A stretch of DNA of 58,548 nucleotides, filler included, from Platydemus manokwari (GCA_037951405.1; 4 parts of 4 records of this genome joined end to end with filler, not necessarily neighbours in it), one strand, 5' to 3'; shown: positions 13,393 through 27,075, numbered from the whole stretch's first letter. A program made the numbers and translations. The notes: generated from the letters alone by a model not told the origin.

Positions 13393-16262
13393 TCAATATC
13401 TGGGCTTCATGGCATCCTGTAATTTCTCATTGAGCTCTGCAAGTTGAAAAATTTTGTCGGCCATTTTGAGAGCAGCAATCTGTAAACCGGATGTTCTGGT
13501 TCTGTGCATAATCAAACAGTTCGATGGTTCATCCAATGATGCCTTCAATTTTCCATCGAGAATCATTTTACTAATCAATTGATGAACCGAATGACCGCTC
13601 AATTCATAGACATCTGCAAGATATGCCAAACTGAGAGAATCGAAACCATTGGCATTGCCCAATAAAAATGCTTTCATCGATTCAAGTTTGATTTTATCAA
13701 TGATAATCGATTTCAATTCCTCATAATTTCTAAACAAAGCCCAAACCGATTTCTTCATTTTCTCATCGAAAATGTAATCGGCAGCTGTTTTCCAATCACC
13801 AATGAACAAAGCTTTCGATGCGGCGACAACATGCTCTTTCAAATTGTCCGGTCGACCATTAATTGTCGTTCTATCGTTATTTTTGAGAACATAATGGAAA
13901 TTTCTGCTGATCATCACTCGTCGACCATCAGCTTGTTGCATATGGCAATGATTGACATCAGTGAGCATAGCTGATACCAAATAAGCACATTCAATCACAT
14001 CAACATTGATATGCTTGTGATATGGTTGCAGGAACAACTTTTCCCGATACAAATCATCGGGAGTAGCCTCATTTCGATTCAATCGAGTTCCTTGTGCCAA
14101 AATTTCTTTCACTCGTCCAGAACCTTGCAATTCAGCCAATGCTTGATGAGCTTCTTTAATACATCCACGTCTAAAAGCACAAAGACCCAATTGCACAGTG
14201 ACTCGATTGAAAAGGATTTGTGTTGAGGCATCAGCTCGATCGATCAGATTCGTCAAGCCAGACATTGCCATCATATCGCGAGCTTCAAACCAATAATCAT
14301 GAAGTGCTAAATAATAAATATGGCACAAAATAGCACGAGTTCTCAATCGATCAGTTTCATCCTTTGATGTGATAAATCCACACAATCTTCTCATTTCCTT
14401 ATAGCTATTGATATCATCTTTCTTGCCAACAGTGGGATCAACTCGATAATAAATATGCTCCAATTGTCTCATATAAACTCGACATTTCTCTTCTGGTCCA
14501 TAATTTTTCTTATTCAGATAATCACTGACACTGGCACATAAAGCAATGACTTGAGTCTCATAATGAAGTTTATCACGATATTCGACCTCTTTATCAGAGG
14601 AGAAATCGTGGTAAGTCAATATTTTCGTGTATTCGTCTTCCAAATGTTCCAAAAATCCCACAATGCAACCATTGACAACGTATGGAGCTGTCTGAAAATA
14701 GAATTGATTGAATATATTTGATAACATTAAATCGATGACAACTCACTTCAAGCTTATCCGTTTCGTCGATATCGCTGATTCTCATTGAAATATCATTGAT
14801 ATTTTTGTTTAAGATGTCGACCATTCCTTGAGTACATTCGAGAATTCTGAATATTATTATTATCAAATAGTTTATTATTTAACCATATCGATTAAATAAA
14901 TCGATTTATATTTCAATAATCAATAAACAACGCACCTCTTCCAATTTTCCAAGGTCATGCAAGGGTTTGATGCGCTACATTTATATTGTAACAAAACTGA
15001 AACCATGGAAACCATAATTTTGATTTGTAACCCAATACCGAACCCTCTATTGACAACGATATCGATCAATTGTTGCATATTATCAACTTGAGATCGTTTT
15101 GTGTCTTTTTTATTAAATCGACCTTCCATTTCCGATTTGAGTTTACTCAAAATCGAATCTTTCGTTATTTCTTCATCGTCTCCAAAAAGTTTCACTTCCG
15201 GTCTTCCATACATATCCACCGTTGTCCAGCCATCCTCTTCATCTTTGTCCTTCTTTTTCAATTCCTTTTGATCTTTCTCTCGTTTGTCTTTTTTCTTTTT
15301 GTCTTTCTGTTTACCAGTATGGCTTTTCAAGAATCTAGCTGCTGGATCGTTTTTATACAATTCAATTTCTTCTTCATCTTCGGATGAAGATGATTCGGAA
15401 TCACTATCTTTGTCCCATAATTCATCTTCAGAATCAGAATACTCTTTCTTTTTTGGTTCCTCTGTCTTCTTTTCTGTGATCTTTTCCTCGACTATATTTG
15501 AATAAATATTACATTTAATGTATAGCTATTTACCTTCAACTTCAGCAATCAAATCAGTCGGGTAGCTTTCGGAATTCTGTAAAATAAAAATAAAATTAAT
15601 AATAATTAATCAATCTTATTATTAATCAATTTTATAGATTAAATTAAAAAAAAATCAACCTCTCGAAAATCATTAATTTGGACTTCAAAATCTTTGTTAT
15701 ATTTTTTGATCTTCTGTCTAAGAGCTGTGAGACTTTTGGCATTATTTTTGCTGAGATTCTTTTTGTTCGCCCAGCTATTATTGGTAAAATCTTCTAATTC
15801 AGCTATAACTCGAATGTAAAATTTCAGGACTCCATCGGCTTCCATAGTTTTATGAGCTTTTTCATAGCTCTTTGCTAAATCCTCGAAATCACTCAATACT
15901 TTGGTTATATCTTGAATGTTTTTGTGGTTTTTTAAGTTTTTTACAATGCCTTGGAGCTCCTCATATCTATTTAATATTGTATTTATTTACTGTATTTATT
16001 TATTGTATTTAAATACTGACTTCTTTTCCCTTGATGATTTTACGATTCTTTTCTCATCTTCTGATTCACTTGAATCAACACTAGATTTATTTAATGAAAT
16101 GATACCATTTTTAACAGAAAACCTACTAAGTGACTGGCTTCTCAGCTACCACCTCTTCTTCAGAATCGCTGGATTCTGAACCCGATGAATTAATATTATA
16201 AAAACGAGACTGAAAAATAATTTAAAAAGTATTGAAATAATAATAAGTAAGCAATATACCAT
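13393..16262 (-). CDS. EIF3C: Eukaryotic translation initiation factor 3 subunit C (8 exons)
   Basis: Exons 16262-16260 (ATG only), 16209-16127, 16080-16021, 15966-15660, 15576-15534, 15491-14936, 14846-14747 and 14691-13393 join in frame through GT-AG introns of 42-89 nt. The protein has MSRF..SESSDSEEE, KFYIRVIAELED, NAKSLTALRQKIKKYNKDFE, RTRAILCHIYYLALHDYWFEARD, QILFNRVTVQLGLCAFR, PYHKHIN and a C-terminal PCI domain. Confidence 0.97.
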
Positions 16263-17437
16263 GCTGGCGTTATGAAAAAAATATCTTTAAAATTTAAACA
16301 ACAAGGTAAACTTTATTAAAATAAGTCGATTAAAATATACTCTTTTATTTAAAAATCCAAATTGAAATGGAATCACGTTTAATTAAAAGATGATAGTTCA
16401 TTTTTATTGTATTTCATTCACATTATCGAAAAAAGGCTTTTTGTAATTTAATTTAATCTTAAATTAAATATATAATTGTATTAATGAAATTGATTCTAAA
16501 AATGAATTAATGTTAAATAGTTATGCTAAAAAAATAATTTATATTTGATTTAAATCTTATTTAAATTACAAATTATAAATAATTGATTACTAGATCGATG
16601 ATATGTACTAGAAATAGAAAAATTTCGAACTTTGAGGTAATAATTTCTTTATGTGATCTTGGATTAATTTATTTTCGAATTTTGTTCTAACTGAAATAAA
16701 ATTAGAAATGACTCAATAATAGTTTAATAATACGCCCAAACTATGTACATTTTGGTAAACAGTTTCTTGACTTAAACTAACAATATTTTGATGATGGTAA
16801 TTTGTTTCTGGGTAATCAAAAGGACGATTACCGATTTTTACTCAGCTAGCAACTGGTTCAGTTTGGCACAAAATGAGATGCTAGTTCCCACAGAAAACTG
16901 AAAAAAACATTTAGTGACAATGTTAGAATTAATAATAAGTTAACACTAATAAATTAAATGACTTAACTGACAATTCGAGTTTATTAAAAGTATGATCTGA
17001 TGGCAAAGATCGATTTTTATGAAGATGTAAAAATTTAATTTAAAACAAAAAATTTTCGTTTGATTCTCAAAGTCAGAAATTCTGGTTTTTATAGTTCAAA
17101 TTTTCTAAGTCGTAGTCGATTTTCACACGGATGAATATATTCACTGTGTACTTTTCCTGTGTACTTATCATGCAAATATGTTTGTCATACTTCAGTTTAT
17201 TATGGCTGAAATAAATCTCTGCAAGTAATATTACTATAAAAGAAAGAGATTCTCTGCGATTAAATTTAATGCATTGATATATTATTTTATTCTGCCTGAT
17301 TATTTTATTTACTGTGTGCGATAATTTATTCTGCACTATTATTTTATCGACAAATAGAATTTACTTCTACTGAGATGTGAAATTCATTGCCATTGTTAGA
17401 TAGCTCACAAAAATAACCAAAATATTTACGGAAACCA

Positions 17438-17902
17438 TGTAAATAACCATAAAAGAATTGATACACATCGATTCAATAACTAATTATATTCTTTGCATGT
17501 ACCAATCAATATTTGGAATTCAATAATCGACTGGTACATACTAACAAATAAGAAAAAACATTGAGATATAAGAGAAATTGCTATCAGATAGATGTATGAA
17601 AGAATTTATCGAATGAAAAATGAAGCTCTGAGACACTAAATGAACACACACGGTAACCCTATAAAAGGAATTGGACTTCCCGAGCAACTACCACTCTTGT
17701 TGGTCGGTAACTTTTATTCTGTATGACTTTTATGAGATTTTTATAACAATTTGTCCTCTGATCTGCATTCAGTTTTCGGATGCTGATTCCATCTTTTTGG
17801 TCTATTGTGATATTTAATAGTGTTTAATGATAAGTTGAGTTTGTAATTCATTGTGATTTAAATTATTTATTTCAGCATTCAGAGTCAATAAATAATCTAA
17901 CA
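17438..17902 (+). mobile_element. Candidate solo LTR
   Basis: TGT...AACA ends, a CTATAAAAGG TATA box (~17660) and a T-rich 3' half. It shares TTGGTCG(G/A)TAACTTT with the 18760-19060 element. No clear TSD. Confidence 0.35.
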
Positions 17903-18759
17903 AAATGTTAGCTAAAATGTTTGGTTTCGTTTTATCTTTTAAAATGCTAAACATTTTCCATTAATTTCCTAAAATTTCTTTTCTTTAGAAATGTTAATCT
18001 ACAGTCCTATGATTTTACGTTAAATGAAAATACAGATTCTTCAGTAGGTCAATAATTATGCTTGGGAAGGTTTGCATTTGTCATGGTAATTTTTCAAATA
18101 TTTCTTCTCAATGTCTAATTTCTTAAGAATATTCTTTAATCACCATCGGCTTATCAACGATTTGTCCAGAAAGTTTGCATGATCACATTGGATTCTACGT
18201 TTAATCTAACGTAATAGATTCTCTTATTAAGTATTTGTTTAAAGTCACTAACTAAATTTCAAAAACTCTTGGATACGAAAATCCGATTTATAATTTTCTC
18301 CTTTCATTTCTAAGATTTTCTATAGCCTTTTGATTGTTCTTTATCCCATCATGTCAGCTCGATGTGATATTGAAATTGATGTTATTTATTGATAAAAAGG
18401 CAACATTGTTTAATTGAAATTATAATTCACTTTCATGCATGTTCTCAGCTCAGATATTACTCAAAAAAAAGAGTTAGGGTCTAGTGGAAAACATTTTATG
18501 TCTTTACTTGTGATAATTTATTATTGGTTTTAACTGTCAGATGTCGTTTAAAAATGCGATTAAATGAATATTAGATTTTATTTCGACTTTCATAACCTCA
18601 GAATTTACTTTCAATGATCAATCAAAATGTTTTTAATTTACATTGTTTGATATTTATTTTTCAAAATATACATATGATAAAATATTAAGGAAAGTTTAAC
18701 CATAGCGGTATTATTATTCTTTAATAAATCAATATCATCTGTGTTATTGGCTTGTATTT

Positions 18760-19060
18760 GTTAATATTACTGGGTATATCACAAATCAATCAAAAGGGTC
18801 ACAAGAACCAAGGAAAGAACCCAAAGAAAAAAAGGTCAATACACACAGACACGATGAACACACCTACCGCTAACCAATCATATACACTCGATAGGATAAA
18901 AAAAGAATTTGAGTTCCATGGATTTCTGCCAGTCTTTTTTGGTCGATAACTTTAGTTCTTAGCTTATGTGTGATTTTAGTAATCAGTCTTTTTGATTACT
19001 CTTCATTCTGTTTGTGACTTTCGTGATTAGAAATAAAATATTAAATATTCAAATCCTTAA
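18760..19060 (+). mobile_element. Candidate solo LTR just upstream of the PP1 gene
   Basis: Same bipartite composition as the 17438-17902 and 11549-11991 elements, with shared CTGCCAGT and TTGGTCGATAACTTT motifs and an AATAAA at ~19032. Ends are unclear. Confidence 0.3.
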
Positions 19061-19274
19061 AGATAAAAAACTGCATTTTATAAAGAAATGTTAATTTGAA
19101 TGTAAATTTAAGAACAAATAATAATTAAAATTATTAATTTTAAATAATCAATTAAGCCATCAATTATGAACTTTTAGTTTGGATCTGGATTTACTTGAAA
19201 TTTATTTTTGAGCAATATCTTGTTTAACTTCAAATTATTCATTTTCATAACTAAGAAAATTAGCTTTTCATGTG

Positions 19275-20375
19275 ATGTCATTGAAAACAGAAAACAAACA
19301 GTCGGCATCAGCAATTAGGAAAATAATTTCGGAAAATACAGTCTGTGACATCGATGAAATAATTACCTCGTTGATAAATTCTGGCAAATCCAAAATGATT
19401 AATGTACCTTTGAAGGAGAATGATATTATAGTCGTTATTCAAAAATCCAAAGCAATAATACAAAACCAATCAATGTTGATAGAAGCAGAAGGGCCGATGA
19501 AAATTTGTGGAGATATTCATGGACAGTTTCCTGATTTGATTCATCTTCTGCAAATTTGCGGTGATCCTAGCAATACCAGATATTTATTTCTCGGTGATTA
19601 CGTCGATAGAGGACGACAAGGTATCGAAACGATAACTTTGCTTTTGTGTTACAAAATCAAGTATCCCAATTCGTTTTTTCTTCTTCGAGGAAATCATGAA
19701 AGTCAAGCAGTGAGTCGAGTTTATGGTTTTTATGATGAATGCAAACGACGATTTGGTATAAAACTTTGGAAATCATTTCTTGATGTGTTCAATTGTTTAC
19801 CAGTTGCTGCAATTTTGGAAAATCAGATTTTCTGTTGTCATGGCGGTCTTTCACCAGAAATGTTGAAACCAGATATGTTGAGTTTGGATAATTTGAAACA
19901 GAAAATTCGATCGATAATTAGGCCTCTTGATATACCGGAAGAAGGATTGATTTGTGATCTTCTTTGGTCTGATCCTCTTGACTTACCAAACAGTCTAGTA
20001 AGTTCAGAGTTTCATAATGAATTCTTTTCTCAAGATGGGTTTGCTCCTAATGAAAGAGGAATATCTTATGTTTTCAATCCATTAGTTGTTGATAAATTCC
20101 TTAAGAGATTCAGTCTGGACTTGATTATTCGAGCTCACCAAGTCGTTGAAGATGGATACGAATTTTTTGCTAATCGCTCATTTATAACGATATTTTCTGC
20201 TCCAAATTATTGCGGTGAATTCGACAATGCTGGTGCAGTGTTTTGTTTAAGCCGTTCAATTGTTTTTAATTCTAAATCGAATGATGAAGAAATTGACTTG
20301 GAGGGGAGTTTTAAAATTCTTTTTTCTGATCACAAACAACGATTGATGGGTACATCTATGAAAAAACAGAAGTGA
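19275..20375 (+). CDS. Serine/threonine protein phosphatase 1 (PP1)-like catalytic subunit, divergent
   Basis: PPP motifs [47 protein letters not shown] and [14 protein letters not shown], plus the PP1-type [10 protein letters not shown]. First ATG is at 19275 (the ORF track starts at an upstream GTG). A single open frame. Confidence 0.95.
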   Translation: MSLKTENKQSASAIRKIISENTVCDIDEIITSLINSGKSKMINVPLKENDIIVVIQKSKAIIQNQSMLIEAEGPMKICGDIHGQFPDLIHLLQICGDPSNTRYLFLGDYVDRGRQGIETITLLLCYKIKYPNSFFLLRGNHESQAVSRVYGFYDECKRRFGIKLWKSFLDVFNCLPVAAILENQIFCCHGGLSPEMLKPDMLSLDNLKQKIRSIIRPLDIPEEGLICDLLWSDPLDLPNSLVSSEFHNEFFSQDGFAPNERGISYVFNPLVVDKFLKRFSLDLIIRAHQVVEDGYEFFANRSFITIFSAPNYCGEFDNAGAVFCLSRSIVFNSKSNDEEIDLEGSFKILFSDHKQRLMGTSMKKQK

Positions 20376-21780
20376 TGCTTTTGGTTTACTTGATAAATAA
20401 ACAAGATGTATTCCAAATTTTATTATTTACTTATTATTTTATTATGATTTTTCTTTTGTTGTTTAATTATTTGTTTATTTTATGATTTGTCATTATTTTG
20501 GTTTTTTTAAATAACAAATGTTTCATTTGAATATTTGGTGGAAGTTTTAGAAAATCATTATGAATAGCGAAAACCAATGAATAGCGATTGTATCTTTGAC
20601 ATGTTTTAGTCGATGTGGTAATTTTGTAAGATAAGGTCCAATTGAAACCATAAACCCATTTTCAGGGCTTCATACTTGTTCATACTTATGTCAATCATTT
20701 AAGGTATCAAAGAAAGTATATACAACTAAAAGTTATAGATATATTAATTGAAATTTATAACTTTGAAATAAATAACAAAGAATGATTCTGTAACATTAAT
20801 AAACCTTAAGTTACCATTATCATGTATTACATGGAATCCACCATTAGACAATTCGCTCACTGTTTGATTCGGAGATTGGTTTAAAAATGATTCAACCTTA
20901 TTTATGTCTACTTCATTAAGTTAATGTGATCGGAAAATATTTTTATTTCTTCATTTTCAAAATTATTTCTTTAATTAACAATTATCTATGTTGGAAGATT
21001 GTATTTTTGATATTCATTGAGAAATGTGCTAATGAAAAATAGATTAGATCACGTGACTTTAATCAATTTTGATATGTATACAAAACTAACAATCTGGTAA
21101 ATTCATTTTTAATGTCAATGTCAGTGTGCTAAACATATTTTAAGTCAGTAAAATCTTGATGATTAGTTTATTTGGCTAAAAATAAATATAAATAACATTA
21201 AACGGTCTATATTATTGTGATCGTTAAGCTCAATATTTACATATATCACAGTTTTGAGAATTGTTTGTCCGATTTATATGGCTTCTCTAACCGATTTTAT
21301 AATTTAAAGTGTGACTATCAAAGTAGATAAAAATACCTAATATTTTATCAACTTGATCATGCATTTTTCATTTTGCGATTTTAAAAACATGGATTTGCGT
21401 TATAATCTTTTCATCTTAATACCATTTATAATATATAAATTAATTTCCAGAAATCAAAGGTTGGAAAGCAATCTTATCAGAAAGATTGAAAAATTATGAT
21501 GCAGTCAAGAAACAAAATTATTTGCAGAAAATAGCATAGCAAACCATTTTTCTTTTTCTGTGATAACATTGGATAATTATGATAACGACAATTTCCGAAT
21601 TCCAACCCAAATTTGTTCCAGAATAATGAGCACCAATTAATAACAACCACCAATAGCAGTTATGGAAAAACAGAATATTCCCACATTATTCTTCCATAAT
21701 CTCGTGATGCTTATCATCAACAAACATACAATAAATATCAACAAAAGATACATTTTATTTACACAGAAAACATTTTCCCA

Positions 21781-22322
21781 TTAGCAAACTGATGACAACA
21801 CAATAACGCCTCGATTTGGTAAAATCACATAATTGAAATTGGAATGATCTTTGTGAGTTTTCAAATGTTTCGATAAATGATCACTGCGATTAAATTTTCG
21901 CTGACATAATGAACAAGCGAACATTTTCTCACCAGTATGTGTTCGCTTATGACGAGACAATTCATCGGATCTCGTGAACCGTCGTTGGCAATTTTCCCAA
22001 TTGCAAATGTAAGGCTTGTCACCTAAATAATGAATCCGATATATTTCTATGTGTGATCAATTTGGCAAACATTACCAGTATGAACTCGGATATGAGCTTT
22101 GAGATGAGAGCTTTTATAATAGGCTTTCTGACAGCTTTTGTAATGACATTTGAAAAGTTTCTGTCTGACAACATTTGGCGGTGAAATATTTGATGGGAAT
22201 GTTACAGAAGGATCTGTTTTGATAATGTTATCTGTACTACTCAACAGGTCCGATGAATGGAAATAATGACAACTTTCTGGCATTTTATGACAAGATTCTT
22301 TGAAATCAATTGATTGAAGTAA
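21781..22322 (-). CDS. Kruppel-like factor (KLF, three C2H2 fingers; KLF9/10/11/13-like), 5' incomplete
   Basis: Exon 22322-22076, a 53-nt intron (22075-22023) and exon 22022-21781 encode [25 protein letters not shown]|[57 protein letters not shown] splice acceptor (ttctttctcag) precedes 22322, and the upstream exon was not found before the gap. Confidence 0.93.
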
Positions 22323-22362
22323 CTGAGAAAGAAAGAATTTATAGACATATGATCACATCACG

Positions 22363-22363
<1 letters not shown>

Positions 22364-22396
<33 letters not shown>
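22364..22396. repeat. (TTA)n microsatellite
   Basis: About 11 TTA units read directly. Confidence 0.9.
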
Positions 22397-22671
22397 TATA
22401 TAACAGTCATCATTATTATAATTGTAATCATGTCACAATCATGTAAAGTAGTCAATTTATAAAATGTTGAAATCAATTAGTTCCAAATGTCAAAAACTGT
22501 TTCTATCAAATGATCACCCGTCACATCTCAAAAATTCAAAAATATTTCGAAATCGGAATATTCCTATAATCATTCATAATGATATGATAATATTTTGGAA
22601 AATGTTTTCATTAAAAAAAGTGTGCAAAGATATACAAAATGAATCCATCGCATGAAGAATTTTAACAAATA

Positions 22672-22771
22672 NNNNNNNNNNNNNNNNNNNNNNNNNNNNN
22701 NNNNNNNNNNNNNNNTTAATTAATTAANNNNNNNNNNNNNNNNNNNNNNNNNNNNNNNNNNNNNNNNNNNN
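22672..22771. other. Assembly gap with TTAATTAATTAA spacer
   Basis: 44 N + TTAATTAATTAA + 44 N, the same layout as the other two gaps. Confidence 0.98.
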
Positions 22772-23259
22772 TATGTACAGCATAGGTTACTATTTTTAGC
22801 CTGTGTCTATTTATGGCAACAAGTGTGGTTATTTTAGTTTTACGTGCACCGTTGTATCTATTTTTAGATTTGAATGTGATTTTACTCAACGACCTTGATG
22901 TTGATTAATTTTGGTGCAGTAAAACAAATTTAGAGATTTTATGAATATTTCCGGTATTTTTTGAAAAAAAATTCTTATATTAATTTATTCTTATTTTTAG
23001 TTAGTTTGGTTGGCTCAAAATGGCCTGGTTAGTTTCCCACATTTGTCATAAAATTCGATCGAAAATTATAAGTGAATTTTGGTGAGAACGAAAAAGGTTT
23101 GGAGAAACGATAATCAACTCAATTTACGAAAACACAACGATTTGGGCAAACGATAAGTAATTCATCTGGAGAAATACAAGTAGTCCCTACTTAACACATT
23201 CTACTGAATTTGAATATCTGTGCAAATCTCAAAGAATCGATTATCTTACATAAGCCAAT

Positions 23260-23480
23260 TCTCAAAACGAAGTATTAAAACCAAAGTCAAATTATTCCAG
23301 GACGATTAAAAAGCGAAATCTCTACTAGTCTTCACATATTAAAGTTAAACTATATTCGACTGCAAAAGAAAACGGATTATTGGTTATTCTGGAAACCAAT
23401 TTGACTTACTCTCTACGACAATTAAAAGGAACCTCTATTAATTTACAGACTGCTCACCAGATAAAAATCCACAAGAGAAA
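23260..23480 (+). mobile_element. Possible retrotransposon integrase N-terminal remnant
   Basis: Reads IIPGRLKSEISTSLHILKLNYIRLQKKTDYWLFWKP, resembling the IP..LR..I...LH...YW integrase Zn-binding region. Very decayed. Confidence 0.3.
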
Positions 23481-26400
23481 GGAATTATACATCTAACTGA
23501 AAAAGAGTCAATTATATTTGTATATTTCGGTTCCCACAAGATATCTTGATACATTGCTACAATCGCATCATATTGGAAATTCTATTGAGTAAGAATAGTA
23601 AAAATAGTTAATAGCTCTTGATAATATTTTAGAGTTAAATCACAATTGCTCATTTAAAGTAATATTTTAAAAGTTATTATTATTGGAATAATTTGAGATT
23701 ATTAAATTATAAAATCTATCGAAGTATACAAACATTTCTAGATTGAACCCAGTTCAACTAAAGATTAAAATTAAAAACTAAAATCTAAAAATAATAATAC
23801 AAATCAAGTCTAGTGGTTATGGTGCCAAAAGGTCTAGCCACCAATAAAATATTTTTGAGGAATCTTACTGGTATAGCCATAAGATATCGAATAAATTGAA
23901 ACTCTATCTTAATAGAGTCAAACAGTAAAAAATTAACTTTTATAAACATCTAGTTGTTTGTTCAAACTATTTAATTCTATTCACTGATATTTCATTCAAA
24001 GGTTGCATAAATTATCATAAAAGTAATATTTTTATTTATTAATATTGTTATTTATTAGCTCAACGGTATCGTTTATAATTTTATTTGCATACACTTTTTG
24101 GAATTCGGTGTGCTATAACTATTTAAATCTATAAGAGCTCAATTGTTTGTTGGTTTGTATCATTAAATCTATTAATTGTAAACTATCTAGTTTGAAAATT
24201 AATTTAAAAATCTGAAATTAGATATGTTTTATTAATTGTACCGAACTTAAAAACTAAATAATATTAAAATTTTGTGTGATTATCTTGACAATAAAAATAT
24301 ATTGATACATTCTCACGCTGTTGAGTAGCAAATATAAAACATCAAATAAGAACATCATCACAACCCAACAAATTACTTTCAACAATTTAGTCATGGATTT
24401 AAAGAAGTCCGGTTAACGCACCCCTTCTTAGTAAATACTTTAACCAATCATTAAAATTTTTACTCAATTGATAGACATGATATCTTTAACTTCTTCGGTT
24501 GAACGTTAAGTAGTTAAAAAATTTTGTTTGTGGTTTTAGTGTTTCTGGTTTTGGATTACATTAATGGAATTTGATGATGTCTACTCTAATTTATTCGATG
24601 TGAAGGTTTATACACAGTTGAATAATTCCCCCAATATATGACTCTTTACAGTGCCTAAGTTTAGGTTGAGTGTATTAGTTAAAGTTATATATAAATAGCA
24701 ATAAGTTTTATAATCAATATTAAAATTTCTATAACTACAGTGTATTTTTATTATAACGTTGTTGTGTCCTGAAGAGATGAAAAATAAGCGCTGGGAACTA
24801 TTACCACCTAACTCTAGTGAAAAAGAAGTTCGGTGTAGAAAGCATTTAGAAGGATGTCAAATGTTCTTCGAGAACTTTGACTCGATTAATTAATTAATAA
24901 TTCATTATATAAATTTAATTAAAAAAATTTGATCATAGGAGTGGATTTGTAGAACTTTTGCATAAATTGAACCGTCGTAGGAATTTGTGCCAAATTTTTT
25001 GTGATATTTTGCCTATTTTACTCTACTTCTTTAATAATTTTTATGTTACTTTTTGCTTGGGTTTGCTTCTGATTTGGTATTTTTTATCCAATGGTCAAAA
25101 CTACGTAAGTTGTGACGGCAAGTTATGAATTATCATGATTATTTGTATTCATATATTTATTATTAATTTTGTATTATATTTTATTATTTTATTTCATTTA
25201 AACAAATTCGTTGTGTTTATTAAAATTTTTATATCATTATTTTTTAACAATTATGTATTTTAATATTATAATTCATTATATATGTTTTATTATTGTTGCT
25301 GGATATGCACAATGCCCTGAATAATCTGTAGAATACATTATTATTTATTATAAAGTTTTATTATAATTTATTATTCTTATTTATTATTCTTATTTATTAT
25401 TTGTTATATTATAATTTAAAATTCTTGTTAGATAGACTCGATAGGCATAATGAGCTGAATAATCAAAAATTTTTCAATTTCTTTAGTTTAAAAATGATTT
25501 TTCAGATTACTTCTTGAATTTATTTATGATATGAATTTTCTCACTTTGAAGATTCTGTGACTTATAGTGTCTAATGAATAATCTAGTGAATTTTCTTGAA
25601 TCTTTTAGATAATAAATTTATCTTATTATGAAAATTTCTCACATGAAATTGTCGAAATGTTTTTCGTATAAATATTTTGTTTTCTGTAATTGTTTGTTTT
25701 GCCATGTGTCACTTATCGCATCTTTTCCTTTCTTATAATATATTAGTACTTTTCGTTGATTGATTAGTAGGTATTCTCTGGTTCTTCCTCAGAACATGTT
25801 TAGCTTCATTATTAATTTGAATAACTACCCAATGTTTTACTTTAAATTTCATTTTAGCTCTCCTATTCTTATGATTATATTTATCATTATTATATCATAC
25901 TTATCACCAAGACTTATTTACATATTGGATTTTGGGGTTATTGGTCTTGTCGTTACTTTTACTATCAGTCTCTTTTTAATTGTAACTTTTTGATTAAGTA
26001 ATACCAAAGTCTAATCAGTCTCTTCACGGTTCTATTAACCCCTAGGTATCAACTAAACCTATGTTATTATTTGATCTTCTTTCGCCTGGATCGTTGCTAT
26101 CACCGTATGAAGACGGGATGAACGGCTCAATGATATTGCTTATTAGTATCAGTCTCACTTTAATATTACGTGCTTCTCTTTGCACCCTTTTATTAAAAGG
26201 TCAATTAAAAAGACAATGATGATGATTTTTATAGAAATATGAATGATTTCTTAGGACACTTGTCAAATCAAAAGTAACTCGGTTTATGACTACTAAAACT
26301 ATATTGTTTAACCAAATTACAATAAAAAATTGACTACTTTTATACGACTAGCACTACTTTTATACGATTGTAGCAAGTATGGTTAAATATAACAATACTT

Positions 26401-26844
26401 TTATACACTGAAACGATGGAACAATTATGGCACAATTCCAGTAACAATCCTCCAATAGAGATAGAACCGGGTGTTAAAGATATTTGGACTTAGTCCTATA
26501 AAAAGGAAGAATATGCGTCTTTGATGGTGTAGATAAATGATGATTTTACACGTATTGATCTTACTATATCCTACTTTATCCTTACTTAATCTCCTATTGA
26601 ATCGATAAACAATTGTCAAAATTGTTCTTCCAGAAACATCTGAGCATATGATGGCAACGGGATAAATGGCCTTCGACTTCTTCAACTCCGCAAATAATAA
26701 TTGATTTTCTTAGTTTGGACACTCTACGCTAGAGGTTTCTAATATTGGGGGGGGCAAAGGCCTAATGATTTTAAGGGCCCATTTATACTGGATTTATTTG
26801 ATGGTAATTTTTGATTTTCATTTTAATCTGAATGAATATTTTTT

Positions 26845-27075
26845 GACTGCGGGTTGTCAGTCCTTTAATGCGGGCGAAATTTGATGTTCTTTATTCTTTA
26901 TTAATTTAATTTATTCGAGGTTATTTTCTTGTTGCCAGTCGAAATAATGCGGGTGATTTTCATTTTTCGATCTTATTTTATGCGGGCTATTTTCGCATCG
27001 GTGTATTTTTATAAGGGCTATTTTCTAGTTGTTATGCGAAAATTCAAAGGGTTTATTTCAATTTCGGGTTAATTA
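26845..27075 (+). repeat. Degenerate ~32-33 nt tandem repeat (GCGGGYTATTTTC core)
   Basis: Cores at about 26916, 26948, 26981, 27012 and 27047, with further GCGGG copies at 26849 and 26870. Confidence 0.6.

Noticed and set aside
14011-16179. Plus-strand ORFs overlapping eIF3c (14011, 15070, 15284, 15916) and similar antisense ORFs over the Gypsy and lectin genes
   Set aside because: Shadow ORFs of real coding sequence on the opposite strand, with no motifs of their own.
22716-22727. Palindromic TTAATTAATTAA centred in each N-run (also in the 32343-32442 and 46086-46185 gaps)
   Set aside because: An artificial scaffolding spacer giving stops in all six frames, not biology.
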